Source: Raillietiella orientalis
Lineage: Eukaryota
Assembly (NCBI GenBank): GCA_036172245.1
Contig: JAYWIR010000017.1
Coordinates: 3,844,001 to 3,908,000, forward strand
Length of the DNA stretch: 64,000 nt
Reading direction: 5' to 3'
The notes under the pieces are model-generated. The model was given only the letters and a program-made list of their open reading frames with translations, did no database searches and was not told the DNA's origin. The position numbers were made by a program, and so were the translations under genes. Of this stretch, positions 51,623-64,000 are shown piece by piece; position 1 is the stretch's first letter, and every line of letters starts with the position of its first letter.

Positions 51623-51960
51623 ATGACTCCCAATTCCGGTAGTGGGGGTTCCGTAAAAAAAGGTTGTTAAAGCTTAGAAGAACTTTACGAAAGGAGACGA
51701 GAAGAAAAAGCGGGAGAGGAAGGCGAGAGTCACGCGATCTATACGTTTAAAGTGTGGAAAAACAGGTGCATCCCAACACGGGCATTTCGAGTAGAGTCAT
51801 GTTGGTCGTGGTGCCCGGCATCGTGAACGAACAGCTGAAGAAGCAGAAGACCATCTTCAGCCGAGAAGTGCGGACGGCGGTGAGTCTGCTGCTGCCCCGG
51901 ACATCTGGGGCCGTCGTTTCGGAAGGCACGAAAGCGATGACTAAGCGATGACACGCGAGC
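51623..51960 (+). pseudogene. H2B: Histone H2B pseudogene
   Basis: MTP..VKKG..KA*KNFTKGDEKKKR..ESHAIY.FKV-KQVHPNTGISSR.M...TIFSREVRTAVSLLLP..VSEGTKAMTK; in-frame stop, frameshifts and internal deletions. Confidence 0.88.
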
Positions 51961-52214
51961 TCCAATTGCGACCGTCACCTCGGCTCACCAGCTTGCTTGG
52001 TCGCTTTTGCAAGTTTCAGCCGGGATAAGATGCAGTTGGATGTGGGCGCATCTTCTTCCTCTTTCCGAAGTTCTTTGTGAACGCTGAGATTGCAATATGC
52101 AGAGAGGACATCACCCTTTTGAGGGAGTGCCGGTGATGCACGAAGATCGCAAGTTTGATCCGTGCGTCCAGTGACGACGGAGCAGTCATCAACTGAGCTC
52201 TATTTAATAAGCGA

Positions 52215-55200
52215 CCCATCCGAAACTCCGCTTCCGATCGAAATCCCTACCGATCCTAAAAAATTAATAACATATGCTTATTCTACGTAGAGTATATACA
52301 AATTTCTTTTGATATGCATAGTTATTCATATATATTCACATACATATTATTGGCAGTAATATTATTGGAACAGATATATTTATTAAGATTCAGTGCAGTG
52401 CCACACATTTTATTAATAAAATTAATCAGTTGTTGATCATGTTATGGATACATATATTGAAGATTATAAAAAATTAATATATATGCTCATTACATATATC
52501 GATGTATATACTCATTATATACATCAATATTTATGGATAGTATAAGTATATTTACATGTATACACATATATATGGATATACATATGTACATAAATATGGA
52601 TACATAAATTTGGGCACATCAATATGCGCATAAATATATGTATGTATGTGTATGCAAATACATGTATAGAGATCTATATATACAAATGTGAACGCACACA
52701 TGTGTACGAAACAATACATATAAATAATTGTACATGTATATGTGCGTATTTATATAAATATATTTATGCCTATAAGAAAAATATACTTACTGAGTACATG
52801 AGCATGGAATTTTAAAGAATAAGGAATAATTCTGATAATTAAAAATAGTTCAGAAGACTAAAAAAGGAAACAAGTTGAGAAACAAAATAAAATAATGTAG
52901 CATATGGAAACACGGATGGAAGATGGGGAAGAGCCAACAGGGGATGGTCGTTTTTTTTCCGTCCAGAAGGCGAGCAAAAATCAGCCATCACCGCAGGAAG
53001 TACGGTGCTGCCCAGTGCTTCGTTCGCCGGCCCCACTTCAGAAGTGCTTGCAACACAATGGAGGGTATTTGTGAAGTTGTTCCCTCACCAAAAGTTAAAT
53101 TAAATGTACGAGGCAGCTGAATGGAGAGAGAGGAAAGTGTAAATGATGCAATTAGTGTTGCGAAGTGTTATTGGTGCTGTGAAAACAGGAAACCTTTTCA
53201 ATGCCATGCCCGAGCAATAACCAGACTTTCCAATGGACAGCATGAATTTTCAAACTTCGTACAGCACAACCACTCTGCAAACGCAACTGCAGTGAGTTCT
53301 TCGGAGGTGTTAGAGGAACTGAAAACGGAGGCGAAAAATACCAGAAATCTTCCCTGCCGAATTATTCAGGCGTACAGGATTTCTGCCCCTACATGCATAG
53401 CGCCGTTTTCAAGAAACGCCCATTGCCAAAGAACCAAGAGTTCAAAAACTCAAAGACCTTCTGAACCAAAGACACGTGGTGACATAGAGGTCAAAAGGCC
53501 ATGATTCCAGTTACGTGAATTATGGCATTTTGTATTCATCGCCAGGTCCGACTTCGAACTACAGTGAATGATCATGATAGGTCGGTCAACTCTTATGGAC
53601 TTATGGATTACCACCGGCGTTAGAAAATACGTCAAATAGTGAACTATTGGTTAGGGATTTGGTTGTCCAAAAAGACAGGCTTCAAGTATCCTTCCCAAAA
53701 TCGAAGACAGGAAGACAGGCGCATTCTTCGATATGGGTAATGGATAGCACTTTCAAAACTGCCCTCACAGTGTTCCATCAGTTGTGTACTGTTCGCGCTC
53801 CTGTTGTATCCAAAAATTTTAAAATGCATCTCCTTGTCTGTGCTTCAATGACCGGGAAAAGTGGAGCACTTTCGAAACTCTTCTTTGAAGATTAAGTGGA
53901 CTATGCAAAAGATCAGGTGCTGCCAAGGCATCGAAAAGTGAATTTCCAGACGCTACCAACAAAATATATATTTTTTTCATTCAATCCATGCATTTGGGGG
54001 AAAATTCGGATGAGAGGATTGGACATGCGATACAACGAAGACGAAACGTTCGGTTTGAAAACGCGTCATTTGTGTCTCCGTTGGCATTTCTTCCAGCTCA
54101 CGGAATTCTAAGAGCCTTCGATGCACTGAAGCCTATTTGCTTGAAGAAGCAGCAAAGTCACGGAGTGGTTGGAGAATAAGTACGTGCATGGGATGGTAAG
54201 AAGATACACAGCGGTGTTGCTTTTCGATGACCGGTGTTTTTTGCTCCCAGTTTGTGGTTCGTCTATGATTGCAAGACTTCCGCGTGTTCAAAATAATGCA
54301 TATGCATGGCAGCAAAGATGGGACAATTTAATAGGAATGTTCATGTCGGAGTGTACCGAATAATAGGGGAACCCCAAAAAGAACAGAGTCACATACAAAA
54401 TGAATGGGAACGCATTCTTCGAGGAGAGCCACGCCCTACAAGGGGAAAAAAACAACAACAACTATTCATCGGAGAGAAAGATTCCAAAATATAGTGAATG
54501 ATCGTGGAAGTCGGCCAGCTCTTATGGAACACCTACGTGCCACTGACCACAATCTATCCCCATGTTATTTTCAAAGTCGACAGCTACAATAGCACAAATC
54601 TCTCTTCCCCATCTTTCACGCTTCCGTTCTGGTAGCTAAAGTTGTTACGAGGGTTGTCATGATAGGTTGCAATCATCGAGACGTCCTGTAGCCTGTATTT
54701 GGCCGACGCCTTCCTCTCCCTTCAAGAGCTGCTCCTCTTCTTGAGGATTTGGGAGTCATCCGATAATCGTCCAAGCCGATACTCCAGTAGGTGTCACGAG
54801 TGTAGCGAATTCACGAGGATAACCCATAAGCTGTCTCATTTTATCCGCACAGGGGACACCCAGTTCACGGAGGACTATTTCCTTGCTGGGGTCCCAAGTT
54901 TCCAGAGGTCTAATGGTGATGGCCAGCACCTTTGCATCGACTCCTTTCTTGGACTGCTGGCTGGAAACATCTTGGTATTCGGATATTGTCTCATTCCCGG
55001 CGATGCTGGGAGCTTCTTCCCCACTGTCAAAGGAGCAAGCTGGATCCAGCACCACCCATCCTCCTGCCCTTCTGTGATACCAGATCTGGACTCAAGACTA
55101 GTCGGATCAAGACCACGGACGCGCTGGTGAGAGGACGCCGGTTCCCATGGTGCCGATTTCTACCTCTGCTGATTTGATCTTTTCCACGATCGCATCATAC

Positions 55201-55820
55201 CAGGCCGTGTGTAGACGATAGATGGTATGCAGTGATTTGTCACGTAAGGCAATATCTCGTCCCGCAGGACACAACGACGACATAAGCTATCAGCTTCCCC
55301 ACTTCTGGTAGCTCCTCTTATAAAAAGCACGTTTTCATGTGTCAAATTTTCGTTTTCGTTTATTTAATTTGTTTGCATTTTTATTTTTTTCCACTATTTT
55401 CGTCACAATTATTTTTCATTCTTAAAAACTCGGTATTTATATATTCATTTAATGTACATAAGTATATATGTGAATGCATGTAATAGGCACGTGTATTTAT
55501 TTATTTTAATCTTCATGATATACATTAATCTTTATATAAATATACATATAATGAGCGTACATACTGATTTTATATAATTTCCAATATGTATATATCAAGA
55601 ATATAATCAACACCGGATTAATTTTGTTAATAAAATGTATGCCACTGAATCTTAATAAATGTATCTGTTCCGTGATATTACTGTTAATAATATGCATGTG
55701 AATACCTATGAATAACTATGCCTATCAACAGAAATTTGTATATATTCTACGTAGAATAAGCATATGTGTTCATTTTTTAGGGTCGTTAGGGATTTTTGAT
55801 CGTACAACGTTTCGGGCTCG
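52215..55820 (+). mobile_element. Mutator-like (MULE) DNA transposon with ~300-bp AT-rich TIRs; decayed FLYWCH+MULE transposase at ~53060-54570; unrelated insert at ~54600-55320
   Basis: YWCCENRK..CHARA..HNH (FLYWCH), WVMDSTFKT..FHQLCTV, MTGKS, PRVQNNAYAW, HVGVYRII..QKEQ, LRATDHNLS; 52235-52500 is the reverse complement of ~55540-55805 (e.g. catatgcttattctacgtag / ctacgtagaataagcatatg). Confidence 0.9.
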
Positions 55821-56529
55821 GGATTTGCGAATCACTGAGAAAAGAAGTTTACCAGCATCCACGCTTTGCGAGAAACGAAGCCAGCTGGTCATTCCCAAAT
55901 GAGGACAGTGGGCAATCCTTAGATGTCGAACGGATCGGTTTGCCCGAAGGCGTCCATGTTCGTAAAGGGAGCAAATGGCGTTTCTCTTTTTCAGTGCTCT
56001 GAAAAGATGACCGTTTGGAGGAAAGCGCTTCTCAAGAGGTCGTATGCGATACAGAGCCAAACCTCCTGCGTGGCAGATGTCTCCAGAGAGCACCTTGCAA
56101 AGAAGCGGCTTGTGAGGGCTGATGCTTACCAAAAAGGGGAGCAGATGCCTGGAAAAGACACCTGCAGCCGACTCGAGTCCAGTGAGTATGCAGTGAATCC
56201 AGTGGAGAGAGGCGGACACCAGCAGCGGGGCACACTGTGGTCGGTCCGTTTGCCTCTTGCACACGTGACACTAACCTCAAATATTTAGTGGTTCATCATT
56301 TGTGACGCTCGTGAAGACCATCAGATCCACCTGAGTATCCGACCGAAATCTGATTGAATGTTCTTTGCGTTTTGTTTTCGCGAATTTCGATGGGGAATTT
56401 CGATTTGCTCGGAATAGTGGGCAAGAAGGAAAGCCGTAAAAACACAGTATATACATGACGCTGAGGTACATGCGAATCGCCTGAGATTTCGTCCACGCGG
56501 CTGTCTTTTTTTGTTCCAATACTGCAATC

Positions 56530-58960
56530 TGGTACCACGACACCGACAATCACGTCGCTCCGTTGCTCGTAGTTTCTCTGGACTTCGAAGTTCCAGAAGG
56601 GCAACGGAGTGTACCCCAAACCCATTCTTCATTGCAGGAGGCGGGGGAAATCTGTTCTCTCCTCCCCCCCCCTTTTCTCTCCCCCTCTCGTTGAAGAAGA
56701 AATGAAACCATGGAAACATTTCGAAATTCCATTTCGAAAAGAAAATTTTGGGGGTGAGCATGAATTCTCAAGATAGCCCCGGGTGCCCCTTCAAAATTAC
56801 GGTATTGCGCTGCAACGTTTGAAGCCACCGAGTCGACGAACGTATCGACTCCATGATGCTCCTTTCCCAAAGGGGGAATGAGATATCCGCTTCGACATCG
56901 CGGACAAGCAACGAAGGGTGGAGAGGACCCTGGGGTTAAAGAATAGGCTCAGCAGGGGATTGTGTCATTATGAGAACGTGGTAAGCCAACTGAAGCAGCA
57001 AAGGAAAAGCGCCGGATGCTCGCCAACCCTGGTTGCTGTCCAGGCTGACATCCGTCCACCGATGGATAGAGATCGCCTTTGGAGGTGAGAGCTCAGAGCC
57101 CAGGCGCAGCATGCCCGATCCGTGGACGTGTGTCGCGCGCAGCAACGAGGCTCGCGCACATGGGGGCCGCGTTGCGCCGCCGTACCTGAGACCCGCTTTT
57201 GCGCCTCAGGGATTCGTGGCCATTTTGCCGGTGATCGACAAGCAGCAGTGCTTGTCCTTCACCGTGCACCAGCTGATGACCCTCATCAGGGACATCTCGG
57301 ACGTTGTGCTGGATATGGGTCTTGACGATGACGAAGGGACGAACAATGAGAACAACTGGGAAGGCCGGTAAGCACCGCTGAGCCGGTGCGCGCCACCGCA
57401 CGCCGGCGGCGGCGGCGAGCGCTTTTCATTCCTAACGCCTGTCTTTCTTACTCCTGCAGGCCAGCACGCTTCCAGATCAGTGAATTCCCGTGGGATGTGC
57501 AGGAGGAGATGACGGGGGCCGTCTCCCGACGCACGCACCTAACGACGCGAACGACATTCGGGAGCTGTGCTCTCTCCTAACAACGCAACGAACAGTGCAG
57601 AAGGTTTTTGCCTGGATGGATGGATCCGGGAGCCCTTTGGATGCTACCGTACAGGGTGTGCGACCTGGATGCCGCCCAGGTCAAGAGACTCGTTCGGTGA
57701 CTGCAAGAGGAGCTGGAAATGCTGCTGGTCCTCCTGCGGAGCGTGAACGGCAGACTCAGGTCGTGCTGGAAGAGAGGAACCTGATGGCGGAAGCGGTTCT
57801 GGGGAACATGGAACAACTGAGGGAGGAAATTTGCTCCTTGTTTTCTCTGCGGATCGAGAGCAGCAAACCCGACAGCAGCACTTGAGGGTCAGTGAGGAGC
57901 TGCAGTCGATCTTGCGCTTCCTCTACGGGCGAGGAGGAAACGGCTCAGTGCATGCAAGAAGACTTGGACGGCAATTTTCGAAGGTTCCAAAAGTTTCTGG
58001 GGAGCCTTCTGGCCGTGGATACGACACTGGTCGGTCGCCTCCTGGAGGAAAATGCCAGACTTCGGATTGGCAAAGATCGGAAAGCAGCAGCAGCAGCAGA
58101 GGAGGCTTCGGTTCCTGCCAGCTCTTGGTACCCTCAGCCAGATGATCCAGGGAAGAAGTATCGGGGACAGGCGAATGCGTGCGGTGTTTGGAGGTACGTG
58201 AACGGGACCGCTTGCCGAGATGTGCGAGTCCGTTGGTGGGACTTCGGAGAGTCCGGCGTTCGTCCTCTTCCAGGGCAAAGGGGTCTCCTGGATCGAACTG
58301 GATGGTCTCCAGGACCGGGTCAGCATGTACTGGTGGACGAACAAACCAGCGAAGAGGCAATTCGAGAAGGTGAGAGCAGCAAAGGCTTGCCTGGCCGCCT
58401 CGGAGCGACGCTGGGGATGCGCGTGCACCGCCGCGGATTTTATTTCGGCTTAACTCTAGTGTTCATCCAGATCCAGATGATCCTGTTCGTGAAGCCCTGC
58501 ATCCTGTCCACCCTTCGTTGCTCGTCCTCAATGTCAGAAGCAAGTATCTCCTTCCCCCCTTGGGAAATGAGCTTAATGGAGTCGATGTGTCCATCGACTC
58601 GGTGTCTAAGGCATTGCAGCGCAATGCCGTCATTTTTCAGGCACGTGCGGCAGTCTTGCGAACTCGTCCTCACCCTGGAAATGAAATTCTATGCACAGAA
58701 ACGTTTCCATGGTTTCAATTTCTTTTGCGATAAGGGGAGCAGAAAGGAAGGTGGGAGGAGAGGAGGAGAGAACAGACATCCCCGCCTCCTGCAATGCCGA
58801 ATGGGTTTGCGGTGTTCACTCCACTGCCTTTGGGTTTGTGGTGTTCACTCCACTGCCTTTGGGTTTGCGGTGTTCACTCCACTGCCTTTGTGGAACTTCG
58901 AAGGTCCAACGAACCTACGAGCAGCGGAGCGAAGTCATTGGTGGTGCGGAGAGGACCGTG
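56530..58960. repeat. Diverged ~200-bp inverted repeat pair (~56530-56725 and ~58700-58960) flanking ~2 kb of GC-rich coding-like DNA
   Basis: ttgcaggaggcggggg / ccccgcctcctgcaa; gacttcgaagttcca / tggaacttcgaaggtc; gaaaccatggaaac / gtttccatggtttc; tcgctccgttgctcgtag / ctacgagcagcggagcga. Confidence 0.75.
58802..58888 (+). repeat. Tandem repeat, 3 x 29 bp (TGGGTTTGYGGTGTTCACTCCACTGCCTT)
   Basis: Three head-to-tail copies with one mismatch and no spacers. Confidence 0.95.
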
Positions 58961-59419
58961 GTCAATTCGACCGGGCATCGGTGAATCGGAGATACAGTAG
59001 AATGGCGAAGAGAGGTGGTCATCGGAACAGAAGGGGCCAGTTGTGTGTTTGGATCACAGAGTGACGGATTCTTACGCGTGGCATGAGCTCGCGGCATGAC
59101 CTCGGACCCATTCGGTGCTGGTGTCCTGGCAGAATTTTGGTTCCTCCCGTCACCCGTAGGAGAGCGAACGGGCGCGAGCTCTCTTTGGGCGAGGATGCTG
59201 CGAAGGTAGCAGACTTCCGCTTCCCGGTGGCTGTTGGAAGGTTCTGACACGGAGTTTGCTTTCGTGTTCCACTTGCACAGCCTGCAGTGCGGAAGTTTTT
59301 CCGCATTCACTAATAATTCATTTCTAATGGAAATGTCACGATACTCGTTTGTCCGTTTCGAGTCACTCGAGAGGAAAGAGGAATGATGTCTCGAAGGAAA
59401 ATCACATGGTTCGAGTTGT

Positions 59420-59950
59420 TTCTCACCTGGGTGCGCCGGGGCGTTTATTTCTAAACTATCCGGGAACAGAGTTCCAGGACAAAGAACACAAAAGAAAGGA
59501 AGGAGGGGATCCCGACACGCAGGTCGGTAAATCGAAGGTCCGGAACGGGAGGGAGGGGACCACAAATACACACATAAAAAAATAGAAATAAAAATATGGG
59601 GAAGGTAGGGGACAGGGGTCTTTGGTTTGGGCCGTTCCTTTCCTTCAGAACCGGTTATGGATGCCGGTGATCTCGCTCCTAACGTTCTCTGGGAGATGGG
59701 CCCACTCTGCAGCCGACGTCATGTTCTCGTCGGCTATTCCGGTGCCCTGTCGACGAATTGCCTGCTTCTCCAGCTCTCGGGGGGCCTTGTCGATGGCGCG
59801 GATGCAACAGACCGTTGCGATGACAGCACCTAACGACAGACCGCCTGGCGTGGAGAAGAGGCTCATCAAGTCTCTTGCGGTGTCCCCCTGGTGCAGGAGA
59901 GCTGAGGCCAGCATCCGCCACAGTCCTTGGAGGACACCACAGTCCAAGAG
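59420..59950 (-). mobile_element. 3' fragment of a second non-LTR family (zf-RVT tail and 3' UTR)
   Basis: LLDCGVLQGLWR motif; 3' end AATAAACGCCCCGGCGCACCCAGGTG; homologous to 61075-61500. Confidence 0.65.
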
Positions 59951-61074
59951 CTTGGTTCGAGTTGTTCGGAACAAACCAGTTGCAAGTGAATATTTGTGCA
60001 CCCTCGTGGTAATGTGGTTTAAAATGGAACCACTTTTCTTTGTCCTTTTCGGGAGTATGCGTTTATCAAGAGACTGATTTTTTTCTGATTTTTACATATG
60101 TTTTATATCCAACTGTTGATTTCCACCTCATGTGTGTTTACCACATTCGTTCCTGTCATTTGCCTTTTCCAATACGCTGAAAGACAAAGTGCTCGAACGG
60201 ATTCAGTTGGGAAGCTGTCCCATCAGCATCACATCTCTGAAAAGCTTCCATCCTGTTTGTCAGCTGCAAGCAGAGGAAAGATCGCATCTTGCTATTCTGT
60301 CTGGAGGCGTCGTTGGTGCTCGCTGGGTGCATCTCCTTTTCTCTTGACTGCTTGGAATATCGCCTGGAAATTTCGAATGTTTCCGCATCTGCGGACCTCT
60401 TGTTGCCAGCACGTCGCAAAGAGATGCTCCTGGAAACCTGAGGGACTTGGTGTGTTCAGTGCAGATTATTTCAGATTACTATGGTTTGCTCCCATTTTTC
60501 GTTCCTTTATTGTCGTAGTAGGCTGGGAGGAATGTGGATCTGTGTTAGGGTGCGTCTGCTCTGATTGTGGATGACTTATTTTTACTGTTTTTTTTTTCTC
60601 TTTCACTTTCATCACTCAGCTTACTGCGGATGATGGTCATGAAGATTTTTTTTTTATTGTTTTCCTCGCATCAGAGTGCGTTATGGTACTTAGAATACGT
60701 GATCTTTGCAAGCCTAAAACCAAGATGTAGTTTCCCAGGAGCATTGTCGTCATGGTCTTGGGAACATTCAATAATTCCACAGCATTCAGCCTAAGAGTTC
60801 AACCCTTACCAAGTGCAAGGGAAAGAAATTATGCGAGTCCTCTGCTGCCTCTTTCGTGCTTTTGGTTTTCGTATTGAAATGGTCATTTCGGAAGTGCCTT
60901 CCGTCCGAACTCGAATGCGAATGGTGATTTCTTGATTTCCCTACTTGCGTTTGTACTTGAACACTCCGGAACATTGATTTGAAAAGAACTAAACTGCAAA
61001 TCAGGGAACAGTGTGCTCTGAGTATAGGAAAACGACGCACACACACAAAAAAAGCTCTATCGGCACTAAGGTCA

Positions 61075-61500
61075 GCTTTTAGGGAAGTCCGGAACGGAAG
61101 GGAGGGGACAATAAATGAATAAAAAAAGGCGAGAGGGTTGGAATTTGGTAAAGTGTCTTTAGAAAAGCAGTTGCTTCCTTCCTAAAAGCCGCTGCTGTGT
61201 TTTCCACCTGGATGCGCTGGGGCATTTATTCTAGAAAAGAACAAACCATCTGGGAACTTCGTTCCCAGACAAAGGGAAAAGAAGTTCGAGGGGAGGGCTA
61301 CCCGACTCTCAGGTCAGGCATACCGAAAGTCAAGAACAGAGAGAGGGTACCACAAACAGATATATAAAAAATACAAAAACAAGATATGATAGGGTAGGGG
61401 TCTTTGGCTTCCGCCCTTCCATCCTTTCAGAACCAGCGTTGGATGCCGGTGATCTCTTTCCTCACTTTTTCCTTGAGATGAGGCCACCTGGCAGCCGTCT
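61075..61500 (-). mobile_element. Two further short 3' fragments of the same non-LTR family
   Basis: gtccggaacggaagggagggga and ttcagaacc..ggatgccggtgatctc shared with 59420-59700; end motif ccacctggatgcgctggggcatttatt. Confidence 0.6.
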
Positions 61501-61559
61501 CATATTGAAGTCGGCAATCCTGGTGACTGAGGAAAGCCTTTCTGAGGAAGAAATCGAAA

Positions 61560-63042
61560 CCCACGACACTTCCTTATCCTCCTCAGTGTCGGCCCCACTT
61601 CCATCAGGTGGAGATTCGAATCCGCAACGGTCTGTGCCGCGCGCGGAACCCGCAGCCGCACGCTCGCGAACCTGTGACCTCTCTGTACTACGGTCCTCGT
61701 GTGGATTGCGTTCCAAAGCTCCTGCGGGCGAAGTGGAGAGAAGTGAGGATACGTCGAGGGAGACGCGTCCCAGCTACCCGTCTTTGGAGGAAACCTGCGC
61801 GTCCCCTTTCCTTAACGCTTCGGAGGACGAGGAGGCAGGGACTGCTGGTGGTGTGAACGGCCGGAATGCAGCCAGGAACCGCTCGGGTACTCGCGCGGCT
61901 GAGCAGTCTCCCCGCCACGTGCATAGGCAGGAGGAGCCGGGTCTTCCTGTGCATAACGTCGGGCTGGATGCGCGTGAGAGCCGCATGACAGCGCGGGGTC
62001 ACCCATGTTTCCAGCGGGACCGGCGATGAGAGGAGGCGCGCGATTGCGGAATCGCTGAGAAGTTTCGACCTCGCGCTCCTGCAGCAGGTGCACAGGCTCC
62101 CTGCGCAGGTGATGAGCGAGGTCGGGCGCTTCTCTGGGGAACCCCGGGGATGAAATCTGCGCGCACTTGCGGGGTCGCATTCCTCCCTGAGCCGCCGCTC
62201 AAATGGCAAGTGAAGCAGTGGGTACGTTTCGACGAGGTCGGTCAGGACGGCCAGGTGGCACTCAAGTGGTCCGACTAGATCGACTACTGCGCTGGGGTGG
62301 GCTGTTTGGAGTCCCACAGGAAGACCTCGAGTGGCTAACAGCGCTGAAAAACAGTCGGACCTTTCTGCTGATACACTGGGGTCTCTGTGCAACGCCCGCC
62401 AGTCTCACTGGACCCGGGGACTGTAGACCCCAACTGTTATAGGCGCAGAGAACGGAAATCCCTCCCGCACCTCCCAAAGGACTGTGTTGCCCTCCGGCCC
62501 CTTTCGGGATGCTTTGCCGCAACACTTGGAACGCCCGGCAGCAACCCCGAGACATGTATCCAAGAGCCTCTTCCTGCTCGAAGCCCTTACGCCGGCAGGC
62601 CGCATCCCCAGCAGCGCTTGGCTGCTTACGCGAAGGGATCATGGCTGCATGGAACAATGTCAAAGGAGACCAGAACGACAGAGACGCCATCTATTCTGCT
62701 GTCCTCTTCATGAGGATAGAGCGTCAAGATGACCCCATCTGGGAGTGTCGAAACAGGAACTTGCCAGCATGCTTACAAGGATGCAGAGGACGCCCTCCGG
62801 CTTCCGGTCATCCTTTCTTGAACCCCCTTCCCCATTTTTTTGATTGTTTTTTTATTTTTATTTTTTTCTTCTTTTTTGTCCCTCTCCCCCTCTGTTGCCG
62901 AGGCGAATCCCGCTGGCTTGAGTGCCAGTTCCCGGCAGGTTCCTCCTCGTAGTTATAACTAACGTGGCAGGATCAAACGTCCTACCACAGACATGGATGT
63001 TCGTTTTTTACAAATAAAAGCTCCGGCGTGACCGGGTGTCAA
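61560..63042 (+). mobile_element. Internally deleted L1/Tx1-like element (endonuclease-like remnant, zf-RVT, 3' UTR)
   Basis: GGDSN (cf. GGDFN); LLIHWG..C..ERKSLPHLPKDCVALRPL; ends AATAAAAGCTCCGGCGTGACCGGGTGTCAAC; homologous to 35875-36820. Confidence 0.75.
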
Positions 63043-63049
63043 CCAGAGT

Positions 63050-63262
63050 TTTTTTCTATTGATTTTTATTTTATTTTTATTTTTGTTTGCCCCTCCGCTG
63101 CCGGCTGGGCTGTCCGGGGCTCGCCGGCCTGTTGAGTAACCGGTCTGGGTGCTGGTTACGCAACAGTTTCCGAACATTAACGGACAATGTAGGGCCGATG
63201 GTCCTACACATGTATGTTTATTATTTTTATAATAAAGACCCTTGCGTAACCGGGTGTTAAAC
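63050..63262 (+). mobile_element. Solo 3' UTR of the family at 11243-13580
   Basis: ggacaatgtagggccgatggtcctacacatgtatgttta..ataataaa..gcgtaaccgggtgttaac matches the reverse complement of 11243-11410. Confidence 0.75.
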
Positions 63263-64000
63263 CGGATCCACCCTGTCCTAGTAACTGTCTACGACTCTCG
63301 ACCTTGCCGTAACAGGGCGGCCTTTCCAGATGGCCTGGAGAGAGTGGTTGCACTCGGCGCACTCGAAGACAACTGACCTCGTAGCATGGGCCTTCGACGT
63401 CCGCCTGCAGCGTCCACTCTCAGATGAGGGAAGGCTTCCAGAGGAACCTGCAGGAAAAAGAACCCGGGTCTCCGACTCCATCACCCACGTGTTCCTTGAT
63501 GAATAGCTCTGTACGCAGGCCGGATAGCGAAGACAGTTGTACCCCGACCCTGTCGGATCACGCCACTATCCACCCGGAAGAAGGTTCCCGGAAACCTGCA
63601 TTGAAAGGATGTCTCATGGATGGATAGGCCGCCGGGAAGCACGGAAAGAGCTCGGAACCTCCGTGGGAAACCGTCTTATCCACATGCTGGGAAATCCGGA
63701 ATGGTTTCGAACATTCCATACTTCCGTTCGGCGTTCTTCCCATCTCCTTCCGGGCTTCACCGAAGGACAAGAGTGCGGTGGCGCCTCGCTCCGAGCCCGC
63801 ACCCCGGACGCGCGCAGCCCGATGTCGGGAGCTTCAAGGAATGCCCTTCATTAGCGGGAAGACGAACCTGACGATAAGGCGCAGCAGGGCTGCTGCTCAA
63901 CCTCGAAGACCAAATGTGCACCTTCCCACGCTTGATTTCTTTCTTTTTTTTTTTTTTAAGAGGCCAGTAGCAACCTGGCAGAGAGATCGTCACTATGGTC

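Noticed and set aside
52480..52800. AT-rich TA/CA simple repeats with short ORFs
   Set aside because: Subterminal low-complexity DNA of the MULE element.
58802..58888. 29-bp repeats of CRISPR-like length
   Set aside because: Copies are head-to-tail with no spacers, no cas genes, eukaryotic context.
57892..59064. 390-aa ORF as a real gene
   Set aside because: No recognisable domain, GTG start, runs through repeat arm and tandem repeat; long frames are expected in GC-rich DNA.
1..64000. Bacterial origin or exact host species for the whole window
   Set aside because: Spliceosomal introns and TBP/SF3B4 show a eukaryote; arthropod is inferred from gene style, Wolbachia-like DNA and EVE types, but the species cannot be established from the sequence alone.

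Overview
Eukaryotic (animal, most likely arthropod) genomic DNA; not bacterial, and no CRISPR array or rRNA/tRNA gene was recognised. A compact island of intact housekeeping genes with very short introns (ERLEC1, TBP, SF3B4, PRXL2B/FAM213B; ~37.7-49.8 kb) and two other spliced genes (a secreted single-Ig-domain protein and a DUF4787 protein) sits among decayed foreign DNA. By hand translation across frameshifts, the first ~36 kb looks like a dense archive of endogenised negative-strand RNA virus sequences. These include a nearly genome-length Mononegavirales-like insertion (N-like gene, unknown middle gene, and an L gene split by an insertion with a 12-bp target-site duplication), fragments resembling all three orthomyxovirus polymerase subunits (PB1, PA, PB2), bunyavirus-like L fragments and a second mononega-like L. 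Also present: a Wolbachia-like tolB fragment, a piggyBac remnant, a MULE element with long TIRs, many L1/Tx1-like non-LTR remnants and a histone H2B pseudogene. Viral and Wolbachia assignments rest on motif recognition from memory, not database searches; boundaries of degenerate elements are approximate.
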